Assembly (NCBI GenBank): GCA_051294375.1
Contig: CM119271.1
Coordinates: forward strand, 9,758,291-9,822,290
From: Paraspadella gotoi
Taxonomy: Eukaryota; Animalia; Chaetognatha
Length of the DNA stretch: 64,000 bases
Reading direction: 5' to 3'
The first letter of the stretch is position 1, and every line of letters starts with the position of its first letter. The translations under genes and the position numbers were made by a program. Shown piece after piece: positions 10,381 to 22,299 of this stretch. The notes beneath the pieces were generated by a model. That model did no database searches. It worked only from the letters and a program-made list of their open reading frames with translations, and was not told the origin of the DNA.

Positions 10381-11100
10381 CTGTGAACGAGGGGAGAATA
10401 TTTCTTAAACTAGCAAATAACTAACTGTTAAAATTTATTGCTACACATAATATCAACTGAAACAACAACAAGAGATTGGCGCTGACGTGGTCACAAGTCG
10501 GATAAAATAGTTTTGCTTCTGTAAAGTCACATGATCAGCAAACAAATTTTCGCGACAACGACGACGACGACAACGACAAATGGAAATGAAAAATAGAAGA
10601 ATAAAAAGCAAGAGAACAGATCCCTGTCCTTACGACCTGGCCCCAGGACTTTATTCCCGTTAATTTCCCTTTTGTTTCGTTTTAACCGCGATGGTAAGTT
10701 GACTGCAACTTGGATTAGAATTATTTTTGAAGTGAAAGGTCAACCTGGCTCCCAATTAGGTCAAAACGGTTTTATCTTATTTGAGCGAGCGCTCTGACCG
10801 CTGTCTGTGATCATCCAAACATCCAGCTTCCGCGGGGAAAGGTGGAAAAGAGGTGTGGACTTAAACTGGTCACTGCCAGCAAAAAAGACCTGCGAGCCAC
10901 TCCAAGCTCTTTTGGCTTCCTCACGGCCTGCAAACCGTTCACCGCTGCGCTCACAACAAAACCTGCAAACCGCTTCCTGCTAAGTTCACCCAGTTTTCAG
11001 TTGTAGGACCACGGATCCCAAAGACGTTCACCCAGCCTGATTTATCGCCAATTCGCAATTCCTAGTGGAACTCACCCAGCCATCTAAACATTTTAATTTT

Positions 11101-11252
11101 TGCGTTTTATGAAAACTCCGTTTTCCGAGTACGCTAAACTCGAGGCGATTTTTGTAGATCGCCAACTCTTGTCGGTTTTTGCGATTTTATGAAAACTCCG
11201 TTTTCCGAGTTCGCTCAACTCGAGGCGATTTTTGTAGACCGCCAAACTCTTT
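11101..11252 (+). repeat. 80 bp direct repeat (2 copies) at the head of the 2 kb unit
   Basis: ttttatgaaaactccgttttccgagt.cgct.aactcgaggcgatttttgtaga.cgcca occurs at 11105 and 11185, and again at ~13114 and ~13195. Confidence 0.9.
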
Positions 11253-11703
11253 TGCATTTTGAACTATGGTTATCCCTACTGCCACACTTAAACACCTCAG
11301 ATATCAGAAGACGGCGGTCCAATCCCTGGCACCCTGCCCAAGGGCTTACAAACCCAACTCAGCTCATACACCTGCATGTCTCCCGCACCTGCATACATGG
11401 CCAATGCACACCCAGTGAAGGACAACACCAAGTTACAGCATGACTGAGCCGCTTCCGAATCTGCCCCTAGAAAGCTTTTTTGATTTCTGTTCCAGAGTTA
11501 AAAATGACAATAACGTCGTCGACGCAAAGCAGCGTCTCCGCCACCGCTTACGGGGCAGACCGCCGCCAACGCCGCCGCCAACTCCGGCCTCATATCGCCG
11601 CCAACAATGGATCGGCCCACCGGGTCCGAATCGCGGGTGGGGTGGAGACAACCACCTTAAAAAATCACTACGACGAGCACGTCGCTGCGCCAACGCGCCT
11701 TCC

Positions 11704-12285
11704 ATGGCCCACGACGACGAACGACGACACCTTCATCGCGGCTTTTCCGCCGGAGTCATCCTCGGCCTCACCATCGCCCTCACCATTAGCCTCATCTTCC
11801 GAATGATGTAGGTTTTTACAATCTCGTCCAAAGTTGATTCAGTTTCAGAACTTCAACTTTTTAAATTCAACATTAAATCAAAGAAAAATTCAAAAATATT
11901 TTGGAAAAAACAGTTCAGAAAATCCCCAAACGTCGGCGCCGCCAACCCAATTTCGCCGCGTTGCGGGCAGCCAATGCAGCTGCAGGAGTCGAGGCAGCAC
12001 GGCGCAGACCCACAGCACCGTCTGTCCGCGTCGCCGGGCGACCAGGTTCCGGCACCACCCTTGGTTTCGCCGCCGCCGTCTCCGCCGTCGACTCCACCGC
12101 CGTCAATCACTGGCGATGTAAGTCTCACAGAATTACAATCCATTATCAAGAGATATTTTTATTTCACAAAAATAAATTTTCCATAAACAATAATCCCCTT
12201 TTAGAGCTGCAATCTTCAGCGCGTCGAATGCGACGCCACCGCTGACGCGTCGGACGACAACAACGTCGACATCCATGCTGCTTAG
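11704..12285 (+). CDS. Candidate three-exon gene: N-terminal TM helix plus Pro-rich tail (~127 aa; alternative start 11440)
   Basis: Exons 11704-11807, 11919-12117 and 12205-12285. Donors GTAGGT and GTAAGT, acceptors ttcag and ttttag. GC-rich exons alternate with AT-rich introns. Spliced product: MAHDDERRHLHRGFSAGVILGLTIALTISLIFRMIKSPNVG…VPAPPLVSPPPSPPSTPPPSITGDSCNLQRVECDATADASDDNNVDIHAA*. Confidence 0.55.
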
Positions 12286-13021
12286 TTTAGATAGTATTAA
12301 GTGAATTTAGCGTGTTTCAAAATTGGTAGATTAGTTTAAATCGTTTGTTTACATGCTCCAAAGCATGTAAATATTTAGATAGTTTATATTTCGTTTGCAT
12401 GTTATTCAACATGCATTTATTTAGATAGCATGTTAAATTTGTTTACATGATTAACATGTAATAGATCAGTTCGTCTCGTCAGTCAAGAGTCTTAATTTTA
12501 ATTTAAATTCAAGTTTACCAAGGTTTTTAATTCAAATTTAAATTCAAGTTTAAATTTAAGTTTGAGTTCAAGTATAAACTTAGTTTATTTTTACGTTTAA
12601 GTTTTTCTAAGGGTAATTATTTTAAATAAATAAGTTTAAATTTAAGTTTTAAAGTAAAAGATTTTTAGGTTTTGAAAAAGTAAAGTCGCGAGCCGTGAGT
12701 ATGGATACCCATGGCCCCCAGGCAAAGTTTTAAATGTAAAAAAGTTTGTCTTAAATGTGAGCGACAACATACAACGTAAGAACGTGTTCAGAGTCAATCT
12801 CCAAGAAGCTTCTGCAAACAATAAAACAAGAAAAATAAAGAAGAAAGAGAATAAACAATTTGAAAAGGAAAAGAATCAAATAATTAAAAAATTAGGAAGG
12901 GAAAAAAGATTTTAATAAAAAAGTTTAAAATTTTAAAAAGGGAAGAGAGAATTTTTTTTTTTCAGAATAAAGATTTGAAATAAATTTAATTCTTTTAAAT
13001 ATCTTAAATATTCTCTTAAAT

Positions 13022-14770
13022 CGGATCCAAAGCGTTACACCAGCCGATTTATCGCCAATTCGCAATTCCTAGTGGAACTCACCAGCCATCTAAACATTTT
13101 AATTTTTTAGCTTTTTTATGAAAACTCCTGTTTTCCGAGTCGCTAAACTCGAGGCGATTTTTGTAGCCGCGAACTATTGTTGGTTTTTTGCGATTTTTAT
13201 GAAACTCCGTTTTCCGAGTTCGCTCAATCTCGAGGCGCATTTTTGTAGACCGCCGACTCTTTTGCTTTTGAACTATGGTTATCCCTCTGCACACTTAACA
13301 CCTCAGTATTCAGAAGACGGGGCGTCCAATCCGTGGCACGCTGCCCAAGGGCATTCAAACCCAACTCAAGATTATCACCTGCATGTCTCCGCACCTGCAT
13401 ACATGGCCAATGGCACACCCATGAAGGAAACACCAAGTTACAGCATTGCTGAGCCGCTTCCGAATCGTTCCCCTAGGAAGATCTTTTTGATTTTCTGTTT
13501 CAGGTTAAAAATGACATTCGTTTCGGTCACGCCAAGGGTCTCTCCGCTGTTCGGGGCAGCCGCGCCAACGCCCGCCGCCACTCACTTGGCGCGTCATATC
13601 GCCGCCAACAATGATCTGGCCCACCGGGGGTCCGAATCGGGGTGGGGGTGGAGGACAAGCCACCTTAAATCACGTACGCGAGCACGTCTCTTGCCCACGC
13701 GCCTCTGCGCATGGCCCACCCCGTTACGACACGACAACCTTCTCCCCCGGTTTTCGCCGGGTCACTGGCTCCCCTTCGCGTCCTCCCATTACCTCTCTTT
13801 TCAATCTGGATGGTAGGTTTTTCAATCTCTTTCAAAGTTGTAATTCTAGATTCCAAGAACCTTTAAGATTCACATTAATCAAGAAAAAATGTAACAATAT
13901 TTTGGAAAAAACAGTTCAGCAAATCCCTTCAAACGTCGGCGCAACGCCGACTGCCATTTCGCCCGCCCGTTTGGGAGCGCATGGCAGTGAGAGTCGAGGC
14001 AGCGACGGCGCAGACCCACCAGCACCGTCTGTCGCGTCGCCGAGGTGCACGGTTCCGGCACCACCCGTTGGGATTTCGCGCCGCCGCGTCCGCCCGTTCG
14101 ACTACGCCACACTGGCATGAGGTCATCACAGAAGCGTTTCCAAGTCCATCAAGAATGTACATCATTTACAAAAATTTTTCAGCATTTTCCTAAACCAATA
14201 TCCCTTTTAGAGCTGCATTCTTCAGCGCGTCGAATGCGACGCCACCTCTGACGCGTCCGGACGACCACACGTCGAATCCGCGTGCTTAGTTTAGATTAGT
14301 TTGTGGTAATTTTAGTGTTTTTCGAAATTTTTTGATGTTCAATTTGTTTACATGTTACTGTAATGATCGTTTGTTCGTCAGTCAAGTTCTTATTTTTAGT
14401 TTAATTTAGTTACCAGTTCTTTCAGTTTAAATTCGTTTAAATTAGTTCGAGTTATTCATCTTTTTATTTGAGTTTAGTTGTTTTAAGTTTATTTTAATGT
14501 TTTAAAATTTAGTTTTAATGTATTTTTAAGGTTTTGAGTATCCGCGCGTGGATAGGACCCCAGGCAAGTTTTAGTTTAAAAGGATTTGTCTTAAGTGCCG
14601 TAACGTAAGACGTGTCCCGGTATTCGGAAGTTCTGCCCCCAAAAGGCTGAAAGGGGAAGGATACATTTGGAAGGGAATCTAATTTACTTGGGACAGTTTT
14701 ATAACTTAATTTTTAAAGGAGAGAAATTTTTTTTTTTTTTTGATCAAGATTTGATAATTTAATATCTCTA
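13022..14770 (+). repeat. Second, indel-rich tandem copy of the 2 kb unit
   Basis: Colinear with 11012-13021 throughout, but with dense 1-2 nt indels that increase toward the 3' end. Confidence 0.9.
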
Positions 14771-14829
14771 AAATTTTTTTCGGTGCAAAAGTTGATATTT
14801 TTAATTTAATAAATTAAATAAAATTTGCA

Positions 14830-17800
14830 TATCCATCTTGGTATGGATTATTTCTTTTAGTTTAACTTCTTTTCTCGGATCGTAATCTGTCTGTTCGTTT
14901 TTTTTCACTTTTTTTTGTTTTTTGATGATTCGTTACTGTCCGATTTTTGGGTGCGAGGATTCCCGGGCACCGTCGTTTTATCCTTCGAATTTGTTTCTCT
15001 ATCCATCTCTCTCCGGGTCTGGGTTCGCATTTTTTAAAGAGTTTTCCAGGACCCGCCTCCGTACCTTTCCCACTTCGTTCACCCGGAGTTCTCATGTTTT
15101 TATGTGCTTATATCGTTCCACACGCTTGAGCCGCTCTCGTGTCGTTGAACATTTCCAATTCGAAGTTTTTGGCGCCATTTTAAAACAAATCATGTGCGTT
15201 GAGAAGCTTCCTTCCGTGGACAATTTCTTCAGGTCGCGAGCAGGTGAGCTATTTTTGTGATTTTTTGCTTAAATCCCCGTATGGGCCGCCAAGATAGTTT
15301 TCAATGTTTTTTAGCTGCAATTATTTCAGACAATTTTTTCTTACTTAAAATTTTTGGCTTTACTGTTCTTAACGCCGAGACTCCCTCCTGAATAGTAACA
15401 TTCATATTATTATTTTCATGGGAGAGAAACTGAATAATTTCTATCTTTCATTCTTTTTTCCCTCTGTCTTCAAGACGCTTTTTCAGTGCATGGTCTCATG
15501 GTTTCTTCCCTCACCGCCCAGCAGGTAAATGCAATATGAGGACTTCCCGAGGAAAAGGCGTCTCAACAGCATGCTTCCCATGTGACAGTGTTGTAGATTC
15601 TTTACATGAATAGAGAAGCAATCCCTACTCTCAGTTTCACAGGAGGGATCTTTTTGTTATAAAAATTTTCTTGATGTTGGCGCCGCCTCTCCGTATTCCA
15701 TGCTTAAATCAAAAAGTTCCATTTTTGTTTTTCATTTTGATCTAACAGAGCGAGAGAGAGATCCAAATTTGAAAGCTGAAAGAGGAAATTTACAAATCAG
15801 TTCTTCTCCATTGAGAATTTTGGTTACGCCCTGACATTCTATAAATATTTCTCAAAATTCGTCATGAACATCGATGAAACGTTTTTTACTTTGACGAAAA
15901 ATAAAAGTTTTTGTTCTTATTTTATGGAATATAGAACTATTCGTAGCTTAGTTTGTCTTGTCACCGCGGGTATTTTATAACGTCTTATTCTGTTTTTATT
16001 TGTGCTGATTGTCTGCTACGTATCATTTTGTCTAAAATTAACATTTCTCCATAATCCTGTCGCCAAGCAAGGGAAAAAAAAAGGAAAAACCACACCTTAA
16101 TAGCCACTACATAAATTTTGGCTTTATTAAATATTTTCTCTCCCTCTATTTACCACTCAATGAAGGAATCTTAATTACGATGTCAAACTTTGCTTTCTGT
16201 AGATTGTTATTAAAATCTATAAGTAATTTTATTAGATCTTTAATTTTTGTTCCATTGTTTAGATTTTAATTGTAGTAATTTTACCATCGCTTGTGACACA
16301 GTGGAGCTAGAATACAATTGAGGCCTTCACGTCGCGGCATTTCTCCTGTCTGCTCCAGGTTGAAGTCGGTTTTGCAAAACATAACTGCATGGAGAAATAT
16401 TTTGCCTTTGGCATCACATTGGATATATTAGTGTTTTCATCACTTTTAACAATTCTTATTATTAATTTCTTTTTTCAAGAGAATTATTATTTTATATATT
16501 TTTTTATCAAGTTATTGCAGTTATTGGCACGATCTTTATTTATTTCTTTTTATGTTTGAATAATATTATATGGTCATTTAATTCTTAGAATATTTGTTAA
16601 GTATTTAAAATATACTATATTTATCTGATTTGGGGGTGCCAGGTTGTCCTCCGACAATAGAAGAAGGCTCTACATAGTAATTGATAGATGAATTGTTTTT
16701 GTATATTTTTTAAAANNNNNNNNNNNNNNNNNNNNNNNNNTAAAATTTTATTTCAGGGAAAAAAGTTGAATAGTTTAATAGAAAAATTAAATTATATAAT
16801 TATCAACATAATTAGAAGGAAAGAATATGGGCAGACTATACTTTATAGTTAAACTCCCATTTCATCTCTCTCTTATTTATTTTTGTTCATTTATTTTTAT
16901 TTAATTTTATTATTATTTTTTTTAATTAGTAAACATATAGAAGCTGATAGTGTTTCAAAGTTTTGGTTTTTTAGTCTTTTAGTAGAAAGGTTTGTCCTTG
17001 GATTTCCAGAGGTACCTGAGTCTTATCCCATGATAATGCCTCTTTAATGGTTTTATTTAGAATGGGTACCATGGTAAGAAACTTGAGTTTGTAAATCAAG
17101 TGTTCTTCTCCAGACCTGCCTGGCCATGGCATAACTTCCATCTCTGAAAACGAGTGAAGAAAAGTGCTCACGACTTCTCTGACACAATGGGGAGAAAATC
17201 TGCTTGTTCTTTCTTTTCTGCTTTGTCTCGGCTTGTCTTTTTCAACTGTTTTTTTGAAAAGAAAGAGAGTCAAACATTATTGACAGTATTGATGCAATCT
17301 TCTCAAACGACAGATGGTTGTATCTTCTCAGCTGATCCATCACAACAGATCTAATCTTTTCATTGCCCATGCCATGCAGAAGTAAAATTCCTTTTTCTGC
17401 TTCATCTAGATTAAGATTTCTCGTTGTGTATCATAATTTGTAAGGTCTTGCGATCCTTATCCCNNNNNNNNNNNNNNNNNNNNNNNNNNNNNNNNNNNNN
17501 NNNNNNNNNNNNNNNNNNNNNNNNNNNNNNNNNNNNNNNNNNNNNNNNNNNNNNNNNNNNNNNNNNNNNNNNNNNNNNNNNNNNNNNNNNNNNNNNNNNN
17601 NNNNNNNNNNNNNNNNNNNNNNNNNNNNNNNNNNNNNNNNNNNNNNNNNNNNNNNNNNNNNNNNNNNNNNNNNNNNNNNNNNNNNNNNNNNNNNNNNNNN
17701 NNNNNNNNNNNNNNNNNNNNNNNNNNNNNNNNNNNNNNNNNNNNNNNNNNNNNNNNNNNNNNNNNNNNNNNNNNNNNNNNNNNNNNNNNNNNNNNNNNNN

Positions 17801-18460
17801 NNNNNNNNNNNNNNNNNNNNNNNNNNNNNNNNNNNNNNNNNNNNNNNNNNNNNNNNNNNNNNNNNNNNNNNNNNNNNNNNNNNNNNNNNNNNNNNNNNNN
17901 NNNNNNNNNNNNNNNNNNNNNNNNNNNNNNNNNNNNNNNNNNNNNNNNNNNNNNNNNNNNNNNNNNNNNNNNNNNNNNNNNNNNNNNNNNNNNNNNNNNN
18001 NNNNNNNNNNNNNNNNNNNNNNNNNNNNNNNNNNNNNNNNNNNNNNNNNNNNNNNNNNNNNNNNNNNNNNNNNNNNNNNNNNNNNNNNNNNNNNNNNNNN
18101 NNNNNNNNNNNNNNNNNNNNNNNNNNNNNNNNNNNNNNNNNNNNNNNNNNNNNNNNNNNNNNNNNNNNNNNNNNNNNNNNNNNNNNNNNNNNNNNNNNNN
18201 NNNNNNNNNNNNNNNNNNNNNNNNNNNNNNNNNNNNNNNNNNNNNNNNNNNNNNNNNNNNNNNNNNNNNNNNNNNNNNNNNNNNNNNNNNNNNNNNNNNN
18301 NNNNNNNNNNNNNNNNNNNNNNNNNNNNNNNNNNNNNNNNNNNNNNNNNNNNNNNNNNNNNNNNNNNCATCAGCGTCGATGTTCCGCTTCTGGAGATTTT
18401 CATCTCCATGTGCAAAATTATGGAAAAAAAGCTTCTTTTACTGAGAGTTGATTTTCTCCC
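14830..18460 (-). pseudogene. Broken coding-like segments of unknown, probably transposon, origin
   Basis: Open stretches such as RNLNLDEAEKGILLLHGMGNEKIRSVVMDQLRRYNHLSFEKIASILSIMF (~17420-17270) and ORF 16971..17273. Blocks at 15380-15775 and 16285-16425 have splice-like borders. Interrupted by large N gaps. No family motif recognised with confidence. Confidence 0.25.
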
Positions 18461-19749
18461 ATTNNNNNNNNNNNNNNNNNNNNNNNNNNNNNNNNNNNNN
18501 NNNNNNNNNNNNNNNNNNNNNNNNNNNNNNNNNNNNNNNNNNNNNNNNNNNNNNNNNNNNNNNNNNNNNNNNNNNNNNNNNNNNNNNNNNNNNNNNNNNN
18601 NNNNNNNNNNNNNNNNNNNNNNNNNNNNNNNNNNNNNNNNNNNNNNNNNNNNNNNNNNNNNNNNNNNNNNNNNNNNNNNNNNNNNNNNNNNNNNNNNNNN
18701 NNNNNNNNNNAATTTCACCTGTTTCTAAGTTTTTTCTTAACAATTCACATTAAGGGGTGAACTTAGTGAACTTAGAAATTAGTTTTAGTCCAAATATTTT
18801 TAGAATATTTTCAATGAAAGACAAAATAATTTTGTAAAATAAAATTAATAGCTAAAAATATTTATTTAGATTTAACCAAGTTTGGTGACAGGGGTTGGAG
18901 TCCATTATATAGTGGTTTTTAATTAAGATAAACATTTTTCAGAATTTTCAAAGATGTCATTTTTTAATTTGAGTTAAAATCTTTGTTAATGATGAAAAAA
19001 TAGAAGGAAAACTTTTTTGGATTTTTAGAGAAAAAAAATTTAACAACAATGTTTTTTATCATGATTAAACATACATGCCCCGATTTGTGTTGGAAAAATT
19101 CATGTAACATGTCAAAATGAAAGAGAGAATCTAATTCTTTGTTACGGTGGATCAAGAGGTTGATCCAAGTAGAATAAGGAAGGAAAGCAAAAAGACTTGT
19201 ACCATCCTCTACCCCCATATCTCGTGGGTAGCTATGCTTTAGTAGATGGTTAAGAGCATACAGTGGATCTTGATTTATTTCATATGAGACATGAACGAAA
19301 CAACTCAAGATATTAGATGGTAAAGTGGGAGTTGTGTTGTAAACAAATCCGTTTTTGTTATCCCCTTTAACTTCGCCGTTTGGGAAAAGACTCTCACAGA
19401 CAAAACAACAAACCTCCGCGTCGATCGAACCTTGTGCAAGCACGTATGGACGTGCCCATTCACCACACGCAGCAACCGCCGTCAAACACTCAAATTTTTC
19501 GTCGATTTATGTTCGTCGGAGTCAGTCCGTCACTGACCGGCTGCATCTCAAGATCAGGGTTCAAACGCACGCGTTTTTTGCGCGTGAAATGACCCAAATC
19601 AAGATCCGCGATTCTGATCGGTCCGTGTTCGCCTCTATGGTCGAAAAGGTCTTGCACGAGTGCAAGAAAATGTACGTATTATTGGCCCATGTAATTGCGC
19701 CGCCCCTGTTCATTTACTAGCATGCCCCACATACAAATTCAACCCATAG

Positions 19750-19935
19750 ATACCGCCATGAAATTTGCGCCGACACTTGGGATTCGCACCCTGTAGAATT
19801 CGCCACGCTAAGATTTTGCCACTTGGGATTCCACCCGTGTAGGAATCCCCCCGTGGATTCACCACAATGTAGAGATTATCCCGCCCTGAATAAGATCCGC
19901 CACGAAAATATTATCTATATCTTCATCCCACGATA
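19750..19935. repeat. Degenerate short tandem repeats
   Basis: Recurring cacttgggatt, ccacc/cgcca and tgtag(a/g)a motifs at short, irregular spacing. Confidence 0.5.
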
Positions 19936-19987
19936 AAAATCTTTCCCTTCTCTCCCTGTAAGAAAATTTCTCCCCTTCTAAAATACG

Positions 19988-20049
<62 letters not shown>

Positions 20050-22299
20050 AAAACCAGGCGGCGAAGCACTTACCAGAAACTGACTCGATCAATTCAGAGC
20101 ACAACACGCTTTGAATCCTTCGTCGGCCGGACTCGCGCGGTGGGAGCGGTAGCCGCGTCGCCGCAAGGGCTGACACGCGGTCTTCGCTCTCATGTCTTAC
20201 CTGCTGCAGCCACGGAGCCGGGGAGGATCGAACCCACCTTCCCCCAACACGTTCGTCGACTCCGCGCGACCGCATCCGAGGAATACATGCGCCAGTTTTA
20301 CAATGAGACCTTAACCGACGGCTTACCTGCGACGTCGGGCGAGAGATCCTAGAGTCGACGGAGTCATTCCGAGTATCTGAGACTCAACTCTGTGGACGGG
20401 GGTTGGAGCGTCCGCCCGGCATTAGTGGGCCCCGGAATGTAATGCCGTCAGATGTTAACAAAGATCTCCGTGGAGATGACGACCCTTTCAACAATCGGAA
20501 GCTACGCCATCTAGTTTTTCAACCGCCAATGGAACCGAGCATCGAAAGCGGCACAAGCACTACGCTCAAATTGGAGGCGACTGAAAAACAACCGGGTCAC
20601 GGTGGAGTGCGACAATAACGATCACTCTGCTGGCGTCGGAAGTTAAAGAAGTGGCGGCGGCGGGCGGGCGGCGCTGATGCTCAACGATGAGAAAATAATT
20701 TGTTTGAACCAAATTATCAAGGATAAAAAAGACGAAGAGAGAAAAATAAAGAAAGAAAGAATATATTACGTTTAAAAACAAAGTGGAACCAAAAAGGAAA
20801 ACGAAGCTCGCGAACGACAAACGAACGAAGAGACGAACAAAGTACGGGAACAAGACACAGACCCAACGACGGCGGACTTTCTTCCCCCCACGGTCGCAAG
20901 ATTCCGAGAAATTTCCGATTCAAAAAAAAGAGAACGTACGACGACGGAGCGACGACGAACGACGACGATTTCGCTGACGACACCGCTTCCCATAGCGCTA
21001 TTCAATCATAGAACCTGTGGTGGAAAAAGAGAAAGAGAATTGTGAAAACGGTGATCGATCTGGAAGTAAATTCCGGGAATTCACTCGGATGGAACTGCAT
21101 ACTGGAGGAGGAACGGAGCGCATATCACGCAGTTTCAGTGCACATTGTGAAGTTGTGAGAGATATTTTGTGGATTAAGAGAAAAAGAACTGTTCATTGCG
21201 AAACCGGTAAGTCTTTCTCTTAATTATAATTAAGGGTTGTTAGGGATCAGGAAGTAAGTTAATGGTTTAGAAGGATTTAAGTCAGTTGGGGGGAAGAATA
21301 TAGTGAAGGATTTGGTTTTAGTTTGTTTTATTTAATTAGAATTAAATTCAATGTTGTGGGGAAAGAAAAAATAAACGTTTTCTGAGAATAGAGCCGAAAG
21401 ATTTTGTTACGTGTAAATGATATACTGAGTTGATGATGATAGTTAGATTCTTTTTATTTTATTTAAAAGATTTTTCTTTGATACAATAAATACACATTCA
21501 TCATCCAATGTTCACTCTTATTAAAAACAATTTTAATACAATTCTTGTTGATATTTTGTGTATTTATTGTTATTATGAAGCTGTAACTAAATGGGCAATT
21601 TTTATCTTTTTTTACTAAAGTCATGACAACAATCTTATTTTTCCATATTTGTGTCTTTATTACCCCTAACCGATTTTTTGCCCTTTCTATAATTTAAACA
21701 ATTGTATATCGATTAAAAATATTACTTTAAGTTGGATCATTTATATGGACGCAAACAACCTAATAATTTTTTCGATGCCTATGACTTTAGAGTGAAAGGG
21801 AGTCACTAATAAAATTATATAAACTTTTTTTTGAACTAAGCCCAAAGCAAACAAAGCTGATAAACCTTGAAAATTCTATTCATTTCGGCAACTTGAATCG
21901 TTTTTTTAAAATATACATAAGTTTTCATTCAATTGTTAGTGAGAAAACTTAAAAATATAAAAATGAATTTCAAAAACATCCATTTCATGTAAAAAAGAGG
22001 GAAAAAAAATTAGCAAAAAAAGTTACTCAAAGATTAAAAGGGTGGAATTATTTATTTTTAATTCTTTTTGTAATATGATCAGAAATAATATAAATTTAAA
22101 TTTTTTCGTGTATAGTTATATTTAATTTAAAAAAGGTTTAATAATTCTATCATCCATCACGACAAATTATAATAAAGGATTATCAGAACTTTAAGTGAGG
22201 AAAAAAAGATGAAAGAAGAAAATACCCATCCAACGAACTTTGACTTCCTTTAATAACTGGTATTGTTAGAGTCCAACTTAAGTTCAAATTCATCTATTT

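Larger units (their letters stand above)
11012..13021 (+). repeat. ~2.0 kb tandem repeat unit, complete copy
   Basis: Unit start ggatcc(c)aaag(a)cgtt…gatttatcgccaattcgcaattcctagtggaactcacc recurs at 13023, giving a period of ~2010 bp. Confidence 0.95.

Noticed and set aside
11901-12245. Arg/Ala-rich ORF resembling adenoviral core proteins
   Set aside because: It crosses an AT-rich intron-like segment, no capsid, polB or packaging ATPase is nearby, and the spliced model explains the region better.
17411-18753. Long ORFs of 434-435 aa, and other X-filled ORFs at 2978-3599 and 5582-5940
   Set aside because: They are open only because they run through N gaps.
18964-19720. 173 aa and 121 aa ORFs; CKHVW as a SWIM zinc finger
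   Set aside because: No upstream CxC, non-ATG starts and no recognisable domain.
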